Source of the DNA: Neocallimastix sp. 'constans'
Taxonomy: Eukaryota
Assembly (NCBI GenBank): GCA_050613775.1
Contig: JBODTK010000012.1
Coordinates: 1,178,001 to 1,242,000 of the forward strand
Length of the DNA stretch: 64,000 bases
Direction: 5' to 3'
Position 1 is the first letter of the stretch, and each line of letters starts with the position of its first letter. Below the pieces are notes generated by a model, which saw only the letters and a program-made list of their open reading frames with translations, searched no databases and was not told where the DNA came from. Positions 1 through 12,933 of the stretch are shown piece by piece. Both the position numbers and the translations under genes were made by a program.

Positions 1-290
1 ATGGCAATGGTTTGATTATTTTTTTCTCCAACAATACTATAAGACATTTGATGTCCATTTATTTCTACTTTTTTAGAATACTTTTCACTATAATTCTTTA
101 TTTTTTTTTTATCTACACTATTACAAATCAAAGTATAACCAGTAAAAAGAAGTATTAAAGCAATAAGGATAATAAAGATCCATAATAAAACACGGAGAAT
201 TTTACGTTTAAAAGATCTTTTTTCCTTTTTTTGCTTTTCTGGTACATCCTTTTGTGAGATATCAATATTTACAGAATCAGTAGTACTCAT
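1..290 (-). CDS. Membrane-anchored alpha/beta hydrolase-like protein, 5' part (runs off the window edge)
   Basis: Manual translation from ATG at 290: MSTTDSVNIDISQKDVPEKQKRKKRSFKRKILRVLLWIFIILIALILLFTGYTLICNSVDKKKIKNYSEKYSKKVEINGHQMSYSIVGEKNNQTIA. Basic patch plus TM anchor, then VEINGHQMSY..VG, typical of alpha/beta hydrolase N-termini. Catalytic motifs lie outside the window. Confidence 0.65.
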   Translation of the reverse strand, partial: MSTTDSVNIDISQKDVPEKQKKEKRSFKRKILRVLLWIFIILIALILLFTGYTLICNSVDKKKIKNYSEKYSKKVEINGHQMSYSIVGEKNNQTIA

Positions 291-1357
291 TTTTTTTTTA
301 TAAAATTAAATTTGATTAAAAGAAAAATTTTTATTATATTATTTAAAAATTATTTAATAAATAATATATTTTATTATTATTATTATTTATTTTTTATTAA
401 ATTAGCTTTATTTTTAATTTTATATAATTATAATTATATAACTTTTCTTTTCTTTTTTTTTTTGAGTATTTTTTTTTTTTTTTGAATTTTTAATTTAGAA
501 AGAAATTTCATTGTTTTTATATGAATTTTTCTTTTTAATCATTTGACTCATTGCAAACGCGTAGAAACAAAAAATAAATAATATAAATAAATTATATAGA
601 GAATATACTATATAACTATTTAAAAATAATTATTAGAATTATTTTATTATTATTATTATTATTATTTTTTTTTTTTTAATTTCACTATATTAAGTAAACA
701 TAAGTTACACAATGCTTTCCATTAAAAAATAACTTTAATGTATAAAACAAAATAATATAACCCTTGAGGAAAAATTGTTAGGTTAATTTATATAAATTTA
801 TTAAAGTATTATTGAATTATTTATTAATTTTATTATTATATTTACATTTACATTTGAAATAATTAAGTAAAAATAATTATACTTTATTTTTACATTTAAA
901 ACTATCTATACTTGATTTTTACATTTAAAACTATTTTTACATTTAAAACTATCTATACTTGATTTTTACATTTAAAACTATCTAACATCTTTTATCACTC
1001 ACTTCATTTTCATGCTATTTGATTATAACAAACTATTTAATTGTTCTTGTGATTAAACAATTTAACGAGTTTTTATGTTAAAGTATTATAAATTCTAATA
1101 ATAGTAATAATGATTATTTATGGAAGTATTTAATATCCATTATTAATATAAAATAATTATAGAATAAAATGAGGCTATAATTTATACATTGTATGCAACT
1201 GATAAGAAATTAACTAATTAAGTAATAAGTTGTAATATTTTAATTTACTAAATGAATGTATACAACTTCTAGTATGATTATTATTTTATTAATATTTAAA
1301 GTTAATTAGAAAGTTATAAATGTTTTAAAAATATAGAAATAATTGAAACTTTGTTCT

Positions 1358-1395
<38 letters not shown>

Positions 1396-3113
1396 GTCAA
1401 CTTTTATTTATTTATTATATTAACTATTCTTATATAAAAGTTTTTTTTAATAAAATAAAAAGTTTTCAATATAAAATAAAATATATTTTTAATATAAAAT
1501 TTTATAATAAAAATTGAAATATAAAATATAAATTTTTAAAAAATATCATTAATATAAATTTTCATTATTAATATAAAAATAAAAATAAGAATTATTATCA
1601 ATATTGTTAATATAATTTTTCAATATATAAAAATATTATTGTTAATATAAGTTTTCAATATATAAAATTATTATCATTAATATAGGATTTAATATAAAAA
1701 TAGAAAATTTAAATATAATTTTGATTTTCATACTTTATTAAAATTTTAATATGGTAATAAGAAAAAGGAAATTTAAAAATGGAATATATCAATATTAATA
1801 AATAATATATTTAAAACTAATAAAATTAATAATAGGTGTTTATTAATTATTAGTGTTATTTTATTTCACAAATTATTTTTATATTTATTTGTAGTTTACA
1901 TTAAATATATTGAAATTATTATTTATATTTAAAAGGTAAATATGATTAATAAAGGTCAATTTACAAGTACTAAGCTAAATAATAAAGTGGTCTCGTTTTG
2001 TAAAAATTTTTAAACAAATTTATTTGCAACTTCAAATTAAATAATAGAAAATAAAGTAATCAAAAGTTTTCTATGGAATTTCTAATTAGTTTTTTCATTT
2101 AACTAGTTTTTTCATTTAATTAATTTTTTCATTTAATTAATTTTTTCATTTAATTAATTTTGTGTAAACTTTTTTTTATGTTCTTAGAATGTTATCAGTT
2201 CAGATAGTAGAAAAATGAAATATGCAAACCTTAATTAATATAAAATAATTTTTATTATTCAAACATAAATTAATGTAATAATTCAAATTTAAATCTAATG
2301 ATTTTATAATATGTTCAATATGTGGCTTGATTTCTATATATTAATAATACTTAATGTTTTAATTATATTCTATTCTTATTATTTTATATTTATATTTATA
2401 CATTTATTAATATTTATAATACTTGTGTAATTAAGTGTATAAGAAAGTTATTAAATAGTTTTAAATGTGTTGTCAAGTATAATTATTTTACTTGAATAAA
2501 TACATGTAATCTTAGTAATAAAAATAAATAAATAATACTTTTAATAAATTAAATAAATAAATTTCAATAATAGTACCTCGAACTTTAAGTTGTATATCAT
2601 TTATCATTCTACAAAACAGAATAATGTTTGAATGTCATTAGTGCTAATTGGTTTTGTGTCTTTTTATTTTTTGTTTTATTTTATTTTATTTTATTTTATT
2701 TTTTTGTGCTAAACTCTGATAAATAGAAAAAAAAATGCATATGAATTAATATATTGGGGTATAAATTATATATGTTTATTAAAATATAAATAATAAATTT
2801 AAAATTAAAAGGAAAATGTGAAAAAATAATACTGATTAAATAAAAGAAATAATATTAAGAATGATGAATGAGAAATTAAATTATAAGAAGTTTATTTTTT
2901 ATTTTATAAACTCTATAGGACAAAATACAAATGGTGACTACTGTAAGAAAGAAGAACTGATGAATTTTTGATAATCTTAATGATGATTTTTTGATAATCT
3001 TAATGATGATTTTTTATCGAAAGTAATCATTTTATTTAATTCGTTTTTCTGTTAACAATACTAATCAATAATTTTATATCTAATTTTAAGATTTTTATAC
3101 TATTACGAATACA

Positions 3114-3150
<37 letters not shown>

Positions 3151-3535
3151 TTTATTATTTATTATCATTTATTATTATTGTTATTATTATTATTGCTATT
3201 ATTACTATTGTTATTATTTAAATAATTGCATATACAGTTTTAAAGTTTTTCAAATTATATTCAAATAATAATAATATTATAATTAAGAAAAATATTTATT
3301 TATTTTTATTATAAATATCTATTTATGAAAAATAAAAGAATTACTATTTTACTTATTTCTTAATTAATTATTAATATTAATTAAATTAATAATCAAAATC
3401 AAATAGTATTATTTATGTAGATTATTCTTATCCATACTTTTTTATTCCAGTTACTTTTAATCTTTTAATTAATAATAAATAACTTTATTAAATAGAGTAA
3501 AGATTAAATTCTCAATGATATTTAAAAAATTAATT

Positions 3536-3568
<33 letters not shown>

Positions 3569-4311
3569 AATATAATTAAACTTTAGAAAGTTCTAAAAAA
3601 AAGAAATTTGGATTATTAAAGTTTAATTTTTTTTTAGGACTTTCTAAACTATTTGTAACATAATGCTAATGCTATCTATAAGAATTTTTTTAAATGATAA
3701 ATTTTATTTTATATCATTTAAGTTTATTGTTGAAGTATATGTTAAAGAATATTTTATTATATAAAAATATGTAAAAGTGTACATAACAATGTTTTATGGT
3801 TAGTCAACATTATCTAGTAAATATGGTGTGACTTATATATATTATTCATATTAAAAAACGTGACTATATTAATGATATGCCGAAATTTTATATACAATTC
3901 ATTTTTACTAGTATAATTATTTTTTTATTAATATTAATATTTTCTTTTCCTAGAAAATTACCAAATCAACCTCTGTCTAATAATTTACATGAAGGATGAT
4001 TGTTAATAGGATTATTTTACATAAAAATTATAATTTAATAATATAAATAAATATAAAGTAATACTATATAAGAATATAATAAATAAAATCAACTATATAT
4101 ATTTATTTTTAATATAATATAAGTAATTATAATTATTTTATTATATTATAATATATAGATGTATTATGAATATTTAAGATAAACTTTAAGAAAAGAATAT
4201 AATTATATTCAATGGTTTTTATTCCAAATTCTGGTATTACAATGGACCTCGAGGTGGCTATCTTATTGGAGGAGTATAAAATTAATTTAAAAATTATTAT
4301 GAAAAAATCCG

Positions 4312-4342
<31 letters not shown>

Positions 4343-4525
4343 TTTTTTAAAAAATTTATATTCATTGTTTTATATTTTCATTTCTGGATATAGAGCGAAA
4401 AAATTTAATTATTAAAATTTATTTTTCTTTTTATATATATATCATAATTAAAATTAATTTTAATTAAAATAATTAAAGTTAAAATTAATTTTTATTTTTT
4501 TTATAAAGAATTGTTTGAATTAAAT

Positions 4526-4559
<34 letters not shown>

Positions 4560-4797
4560 GATATAAAAACATAATTTCATTTCTTTTAAAAAAATTTTTT
4601 TTTGAATTTAAAAAAAAAAGGAAAAAATAAAATAAAAAAAGATATATAAATAAAAATGAATATATATAAATATATAAATAAAAATTAATATATATATATA
4701 TTAATATATAAATCAATTAAAAAATAAATATACAACTAAAAAAATTATTATTTATATATTGAATATATAATTAAGTTGAATTTAACAGATATAAAAT

Positions 4798-5810
4798 ATG
4801 CAATTTTTTAAAATAATAAAGTTATTTATTATCTTATGTATATTAGTGATAGCTGGGAGAGTTGTATTTCCCCAAATTGCATTTCGCCAGGTTGTATTTC
4901 GACAAGTGGCGTAGTATTAAAATGTTGCATTTCCCCAAGTTGCTTTTCGCCAGGTTGCATTTCGACAAGTAGAGTATTGATATAAATAAATGAATAAATA
5001 AATAAATATTAATTCAAAATATTTTTTTTTAAATTGTTTTTATGCGATATTAATAATATTTAATTTTATTTATTGATTTATTTATTTATTTAATATTTTT
5101 CAATTTGGCGAAATGCAATTTGGCGAAATGCCACATTTTTTTAATACGCCACATGCTTTCAAAAAAATTGGCGAAATGCAATCTGGCGAAATGCAATTTG
5201 GCGAAATGCCCCACACCCGTGATAGCTATCACAACCACAACAATAAATAATTCAATTATTTGGGCTGATATTTCAGACCTAGATATTATTAGAGTTGAGG
5301 ATACTTATTATATGGTACATACTAGAATGCTTTTCTCACCAGGTGCTCCAATTATGAACTTATGATATATTAACGGTTGAGGTTTTTCAAAAATTAGCTA
5401 ATGGTAAAAATGATTACCCTCATGGTCAATGGGTGGCTAGTTTACGTTAAAATAAAGGTACTTTCTATATTTACTTTGGCACAACAAGTCCTACATTTTC
5501 AATAGTAAAAGTATTACTGGAAAATACAAAAGTATAACCGTATTAAATTCAGTGGTGGCTACATACATGAACAGTACTACTCAAGTCAATAATGTTTGAT
5601 ACTCCAGGAGATTGATATGGTTTAGTATTCTAAGATCATGGTTAATGGGAGATTGAACATTATATTTGATGTAGTATTCCAAAAATAAGTGAAAAGTGAG
5701 TATCTGCTTGTCAAAGGGTTAAGGTCTACCCCTACTATCAGTTATTCATGTAAAGTCTTTGCCAGGAATGTGGATAATGAATGGGGTGTGGAAAAGGGTC
5801 AATGGTATTT
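4798..5810 (+). pseudogene. GH43 xylosidase/arabinofuranosidase pseudogene with signal peptide and probable C-terminal dockerin remnant
   Basis: Removing the MITE gives MQFFKIIKLFIILCILVIA|ITTTTINNSIIWADISDLDIIRVEDTYYMVHTRMLFSPGAPIM, matching the GH43 N-terminal NPIIWADxPDxDIIRVxDxYYM motif. Downstream broken fragments: GQWVASLR*NKGTFY, DTPGD*YGLVF*DHG and dockerin-like DNEWGVEKGQW. Multiple stops and large deletions. Confidence 0.85.
4855..5218. mobile_element. Non-autonomous Mutator(MULE)-like MITE, 364 bp
   Basis: Perfect 9-bp TSD GTGATAGCT (4846-4854 and 5219-5227). Imperfect ~50-bp TIRs starting GGG, built from 15-bp TTGCATTTCGCCAAA-like units, around an AT-rich core. Confidence 0.9.
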
Positions 5811-5855
5811 CATTGACCTATTTTTATGAAATTAAAACTCTCTCTTAACAATATT

Positions 5856-5897
<42 letters not shown>

Positions 5898-6087
5898 AAA
5901 ATACATTCATTGAGCATAGAGTTGTTTTTATAGTTTTAAGGTAGTAAATTTAATAGATAAATAAAATATAATTATTATTATCATTTTTTTCTTTTTAAAT
6001 AAAAAAAAGAAGTTTTATGTAAATTATAAATTATAAAGTATATAAAAAGGAAATAAATAAATGCAAACGAATAAATTAAAAAATAAA

Positions 6088-6119
<32 letters not shown>

Positions 6120-6619
6120 AAAAAAATCCTAAGATATATATGTTTTAATAATTTGGTATTTATATATTTTGTTTAATTTCCATTTTCTCCTATTGCATAT
6201 TTTGAAAAAATATCTATTTTCAATAGATGTTTTTTATAAAAAAAATTCTTTTAATATAAGCATATTTATTTATAAAAAAAATTAATTTATATAATATTTC
6301 AATACTTATTTCTATATTTACTCTATTAACATTTATTATATTTATCCATTTATATGTACTTAACTTTTTATGTACAAATTTCTACATTGGATTATATTAT
6401 AAACAGTTTAATAAATATTTCCTTTTTTTTTTTTTTTTCATGGTGATAGTTACAATAATTAATTATTTTATAATATATTAAAACGATATTATATGTATTT
6501 AAGGAATACGATTGAATTAAAAAGTTTAATTATTTTTTTTTTTTTAAAAATTTTGAAATTTTAAATATAAATTTTAATTATATATATATATATAAAACTA
6601 TTAAACTATTCTCTATATA

Positions 6620-6860
6620 TATATTAGGAATTTTTTTCATAAGCATGGAAGGAATAGTAGGCACTTCTACGGGAAGGAGCATCAAGGAAAAGAGAACCAT
6701 CACAATTTTCATCGATTTTAGAAAAACATATTTCATCATCTTTTGGAATACATTTGATGATAAAATTAGTTTTTCTAAAATCATGTGTATTATTTTTCAT
6801 AGTATGTTGGAACATCTGGATAGGGAGAAACAAAAATCATTATTTGCTAAGACACTCTGA
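6620..6860 (-). pseudogene. Cys-rich CBM1-like module remnant, paralogous to 8720-9291
   Basis: FIIKCIPKDDEICFSKIDENCDGSLFLDAP aligns with FVCIPEEDLEPKCDKLNEACDGTLFSDAP in the 8695-9210 ORF. Confidence 0.45.
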
Positions 6861-7357
6861 ATAATTGATAAAAATGCATTATCATTTGTAAAAAAAAAAA
6901 AAAAAAAAAAATTTATTTATTATTATTGATATGTTAATAATTCCATAACCTATATATTATATATATGTGTATTAAGATGGTCTATGATATAGGTTAATTT
7001 AATATAAGTAGGTATGATATGTAAGTTAGTTGTTATTTATAACAATATTTAAAATAATAATTTAAAAAAGTAATTTTAAAATTTCAAATATTTTATACCA
7101 TTTTTTTAAATATTTACAATTTATTTTAAATTATATTATTTTATTATTTAAATAATAATATGTATAAATTAATTATAAATTATTTTTATTTTATTTTATT
7201 TTATAAATGATAATGATGATATGTATAAATTAATTATAAATTATTAACATTTTATTTTATTTGTAATATGTAATTCCTTCTTAATAATTACCAAGAGTTA
7301 AAATGACCATAACCTTTTAATTCATTTTTTATTTCTCTAATAATTCTCTATAAATAG

Positions 7358-7405
<48 letters not shown>

Positions 7406-7550
7406 GATTTTTTTAATGATTTTTTTTTAATACTCTATTTTTAATTGTATTATTTAATATTGAGGGCATAAACTCACTCAATGAATCAATCCTCGTCAAG
7501 CCATTATTATCCACTTTATTTTGTAAAATAATGGATAAGGTGATGATTTT

Positions 7551-7552
7551 AT

Positions 7553-7597
<45 letters not shown>

Positions 7598-7892
7598 ATA
7601 ATAATAATAAAAATCATTTTATTAAATAAAATTTTGGATTATGATATGTATTTTATAAATATAGTTTTTTAAAATATATATATAAAAGACAAATAAAAAT
7701 AAAAAGATAAATATTTATTTTATAAAATAAAATAAAAAAAAATTGTTATAACTAAAAAATTTCTGCCTTTAGTATACATTATTAAATATCTGTATTGTAT
7801 ATATATATATATATTTTTTTTTTTTAAATTATAAATATAATTTAAATAATTAATTAATTAATCATTGAATATGTTTTTGTTCAATGTTTTAT

Positions 7893-7934
<42 letters not shown>

Positions 7935-8137
7935 ATAATAATAATAAAAATCATTTTATTAAATAAAATTTTGGATTATGATATGTATTTTATAAATATA
8001 GTTGTTTTTTAAAATATATATATATAAAAGACATATAAAAAAAAAAGATAAATATTTATTTTATAAAATAAAAAAAAATTGTTATAACTAAAAAATTTAC
8101 TGCCTTTAGTATACATTATTAAATATCTGTATTGTAT
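7551..8137. repeat. Direct duplication of ~250 bp (about 7551-7800 and 7891-8137)
   Basis: Both copies read ATG-polyT-AATAATAATAATAATAAAAATCATTTTATTAAATAAAATTTTGGATTATGATATG...CTGCCTTTAGTATACATTATTAAATATCTGTATTGTAT. Confidence 0.9.
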
Positions 8138-8693
8138 TTTTTTTTTTTTTTTTTAGACAGGGAAGAGAATACACTTCCATAACTTTATTAATTTTATTAT
8201 AAAAAAATACATGTATGTGAAAAGTACATTTGAAATTAAAAATAAAAATAAAAGTTAAAAAATAAAAAATAAAAAAGCTCAAAAATACTATGTTTTTCGG
8301 CAAGTTGTACTATGCGGGAATCTGTATTGTATAATACATTATATTTACTTTTATTTATTATTTTATTACTATTATTGTAATATATTTTATTATTATTATT
8401 ATTAATAACTACTCATTTATATTTATTATAATTATTATTATTATATTATTATTTTTATTATTATAAATAACTACTCTATGATGTATTTATTATTATTATT
8501 ATTATTATATTATTATTATTATTATTATTATTTTTATTATTTTAATAAATAATTTAAAAGCAATAGAAAAAAAAAATTATATATTGTATTATTAATAAAA
8601 TAAATCTTTTTTTTTAAAAAAAACTATTATTAAATATAATATTATTTTTATACTTTTAATTAATAAAAAAAATTTTTTAATTAATTGTTTATT

Positions 8694-8719
<26 letters not shown>

Positions 8720-8732
<13 letters not shown>

Positions 8733-9291
8733 TTTTTCCAGAAACATAATAGTATTGAGTAAGATCATATTTATAACAATAGGTGCCTTCTTCACAACAT
8801 TTTGGAGCATTGGGGAATTGGGTATTACTATATGGTATCATTCGTTTTAGCACAATACGTTTCATGGAGGTATTTTTTTTTCTTCTATAATATATTAGTG
8901 ATAAATCGAAAGTCCTTAATAACAATAAATTTTCTTTTGGAGCGTCTGAAAAAAGGGTTCCATCACAGGCTTCATTAAGTTTATCACATTTTGGTTCTAA
9001 ATCTTCTTCAGGAATACAAACAAATGTACAAGGTACGATTTCCTTTGTAACAAACAGAATCTTCTCCACAACACTTATCTTATCAACTTCGAGGAATTTA
9101 GAACCTCCGTTGGGTTCATATATTCTGGTACAATACATTGAGCGTGGGTATGTTTCTTCAAATAAATGATTGGTCACCTTTACTACAGCATGGTCAGTTT
9201 TTTGGGACATTTTTCTGTTACTCTACTAAATTCTGATATTTAATAGTGATATTAATAACAAATGAAACGTTCTTGTTCTTTTAATTATCAT
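8720..9291 (-). pseudogene. Degraded secreted Cys-rich protein with CBM1-like repeats
   Basis: Signal-like MIIKRTRTFHLLLISLL followed by stops. Modules C.KLNEACDGTLFSDAPK and QFPNAPKCCEEGTYCYKYDLTQYYY resemble CBM1 (CGG..F.G...CC..G..C...N.YY). Confidence 0.5.
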
Positions 9292-9515
9292 TTATTTCAT
9301 AGTTCCACTTTTTTCTAAATAATAACACTAATTATAAATTAATACTATTTAATAAATAAAAAATTGAATTAAAGAAAATTGCAAATAATTAAAATATAAA
9401 ATTTTCGTAATGTTTTTTTTTATGCTATTTATTTTATATATATATATTATTAAATTAATTTCAAATATAATTTTTTACATGAAAATTAAAAATTTTATAA
9501 ATAATTACAAAAATA

Positions 9516-9546
<31 letters not shown>

Positions 9547-9918
9547 TTTTTATTTATTTATTTATTATTTTTTTTTTTTTTTAAAAAAAAATATATATAT
9601 TATTATTACTATTATTATTATTAAAATTATCTTATTTATTAATAAAAAATTTTTTATACTAAATAGTATTAAAATATTAAAAAATATAAGAGTTTTTAAT
9701 CTTTATATTAAAATAAATTTCTTCTTTCTTTTCCTTGTAATTTATTTATTATTAATATTTATATGATTTTTTTTTATATTAAAAAAAAAAAATTTAACAA
9801 ATTAAAAAAATAAAATAAAAATTCAGAGAAGAAAATTTATTTTACAATCGATTTTTATTTTATATTAAGAATTTATATATTTATATTATTATTATATTTT
9901 TTTTTTTTTTCAATTTAT

Positions 9919-12900
9919 TTAGAGTATGGAAAGAATTTTGTGAGCTGGGATTTTACCAGAAGCCCCAGTTGTACCATTGCTAGCCATGTAATAACCACCA
10001 TCTAAGTTTTCAACAATACGAATTACATCTCTCTTCTTTATGACTAATTCTCCTGGTTTATCAGTTTCTAAATCATTTTGAGCTACAAATTCAATATCTA
10101 ATTTTGGTGGCTTACTTGTAATTGGACCAGTTGGTAATAAACTATAGACACTTTCACGAAGAGCAGGTTGTTTAGATTGTAAAACTTCTATAAAGCTACT
10201 AGTGTTAGCAATTCCACCGAATGGTTCTAAAGTAGATAATGGTAAAATTCTAGATGGTTCACTTTCGGAAACATCACGACTTTCGCTATATTGGGTACTA
10301 GTATAGTCAGTAGTGTAGGTTTGTCTTCTACTGTCGGTTGTATATGAAGTATATTCAGAAGTATATTCGGAATATTGAGTATTTCTACGGCCGCATTCAC
10401 ACTCAGAACCAGAGCATGAACATGAAGAGTAACTATCTCCAGTATAATCGGTATAACGTGAATCACGATTAGTATAACTAGATCCCTCAGTGTAATCTGT
10501 ATATCTACGACTATCACGATCTGTAGTGTAGCTAGTACCTTCAGTATAATCGGTGTATTGAGTATCTCTACGGCTGTCCTCAGTAGTATAATCAGTATAT
10601 TGAGTGTCCCTACGACTGTCTTCAGTAGTATAATCAGTATATTGAGTATCTCTACGGCTATCAACAGTATAATCGGTGTATTGAGTATCTCTACGGCTAT
10701 CAACAGTGTAATCAGTGTATTGAGTATCTCTACGGCTATCAACAGTGTAATCAGTGTATTGTGTGTCTCTACGGCTATCAACAGTGTAATCAGTGTATTG
10801 TGTGTCTCTACGGCTATCAACAGTGTAATCAGTGTATTGAGTGTCTCTACGACTGTCAGTAGTGTAATCAGTGTATTGAGTATCTCTACGACTGTCAGTA
10901 GTATAATCAGTGTATTGAGTATCTCTACGACTATCATCATATCCAGTAGTTTCTGTATAATCTGTCATTCTACGACTATCATAATAGTCAGTTTCAGTGT
11001 AATTAGTCATTCTACGACTATCGTCATAATTAGTTTCGGTGTAGGCAACAGAATCTTTCTTACTATCATTGTCAACAAAGACAGAGTATCCACGAGTGGT
11101 ATCTCCCATATTTGAGTTATTTGCAAAGTTAAATGAAGTGAATGGCTTGGAGTTATTTAAATCTAATGAAAGTAACTTTAAGGATGATTCATCGGTAGTT
11201 GTTGTAGTATATCTTGATGATTCATTGCAAGTGCAAGAGCAAGTTCCTGAACCATTGCATGAACATGAGCAATTGTTACAAGAAGAACATGAAGATGTAC
11301 TACATGAAGTACAAGTACTTGATGTGCTGTTGGATTTTTCAGTAGTAGTATTTGGCTTTTCAACAATAATATTAGAGTTATCGATGGTAAGATCACCACA
11401 TTCATTAATAGCTAAAGCAACTGATGCAGTTGTAACAAAAGCAGAAACTGCGTTAGAGTTTATGGTTTCACTTAAAACCTTTTCTGGATTAATAACAATT
11501 TCTTCAACAACATGTTTAGTGATTGGTAAATCTTCTTGATTATCATTTGGTGGTAATTCTCTTGGTGAATTACTTGGTGAATTTCTTGGTAAATCTCTTG
11601 GTAAACTTGGAACTGGAATATTTTCAGTGGTTTCGAAAACATCAGAATTTTTATCCATGTTGACACACGAACCATCACTTAAGGAAATTGGATAACTAAC
11701 TTGAGATTGATTATCATTCTGTAAACATCTTAATTGATAATCACGTTCATAGTCATTATTTGAATTAGTTAAATTATCGTACAATCCACCTACTGGGTCG
11801 TATGGTTTTGGACTAACATAATTTAATGAACTGTATGAAATATCACTGTCACCTTTTTTCATATATGATTTTTTCCTCATTAAGACAAATCCACTAATAA
11901 CAACTAAAGCAACTACACTTGTACTATTGTTTTATAAATTGAAAAAAAAAAAAAAAGCATACATATATTTAAAAAAAATAACAATAAATATATATTAATT
12001 TATATTTGTATTAAGAACTAATCTCTTTTTCTATTTAATTTCTTTTTACATACCCAGACAAAGCAATAATAACAGCATTATTTGTTCCACCTTCTTCTTC
12101 AGCTGTAGTATCGGTTGCACTTTCAGCTGTTAAAATATTTGATTTATTATTACCAATTTTTCCATTATTATTGCCATTGTTATTGTCACCATTATTATTA
12201 TTGGCAACATTATTTCCATTAATATTATTTGTTTCATTTCCATTAGCATTTCCATTATTATTGTTAACATTATTATTTAAGTTTGTATTTATATTGCTAT
12301 TGTTTGCATTTAAATTATTACCGTTATTATCAGTATTAATTTTTCCACTAATGGTACTACCAATATCTTCTTTATTTGAGAATCTAACAGTCTTTCCACA
12401 TCCATCAGTTTTTGGTAAATTAATATTTGAACCAGGAGTTACAGTAAATTTATCTGTCTTAATTATAGCTTCTGCTAAAGGTAATTCAACAACAATAAAA
12501 TATTTTTTTGATGTATTACTACCAACATCAGGAATATATAACTTTTTATGTCATAAATATAACATAATAATTATATTAAATATAAATTAATAATTATTTT
12601 TATTATAGAATATTTTATATATTTTAAATTATATAAATTATTTTTTATATTTATATATATATATAAATTTTTATTAATTATTACTTCCAAAGTTGTTGCA
12701 TCTCTGAAATATGCTACTGGTGAATAATCAGTTACTTCATTATTTTCAGTATATAAATATGATTTTCCTAAAGCAGCGCAATTTGAAATAATAAACTTTT
12801 CATTTGAAATTGGAATACCGATTTTATCCCCTGCTGCAATTGTTGCTGGAACATTATTGTATGGTAATACTAAAAGACCATTACTAATGTTAATAAAAAA

Positions 12901-12933
12901 TAAAACTAATAATGATATAATCAAAGTTTTCAT
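9919..12933 (-). CDS. Type-I single-pass membrane protein with Asn-rich ectodomain, cytoplasmic 13-aa tandem repeats and C-terminal SH3 domain (3 exons)
   Basis: Exons 12933-12685, 12541-12054 and 11923-9919 join in frame via GT-AG introns. Signal peptide MKTLIISLLVLFFINISNG; TM NAVIIALSGTSVVALVVISGFVL followed by RKK; SH3-like end FVAQNDLETDKPGELVIKKRDVIRIVENLDGGYYMASNGTTGASGKIPAHKI. Confidence 0.85.
10548..11035 (-). repeat. Coding tandem repeat, 39-42 bp unit (DSRRDTQYTDYT[V/T])
   Basis: About 10 near-identical units plus degenerate flanking copies, with synonymous variation between units. Confidence 0.95.

Noticed and set aside
4212..4716. Short ORFs 4212-4415 and 4501-4716 and similar F/I/K/Y-rich ORFs elsewhere
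   Set aside because: Composition is driven by poly-A/T tracts; expected by chance at this AT content.
5105..5365. 86-aa ORF with LAKCN repeats
   Set aside because: Chimera of the MITE arm and the GH43 pseudogene, starting at a non-ATG codon.
10227..11678. Overlapping alternative-frame and antisense ORFs
   Set aside because: Shadows of the tandem-repeat coding region of the SH3 membrane protein.
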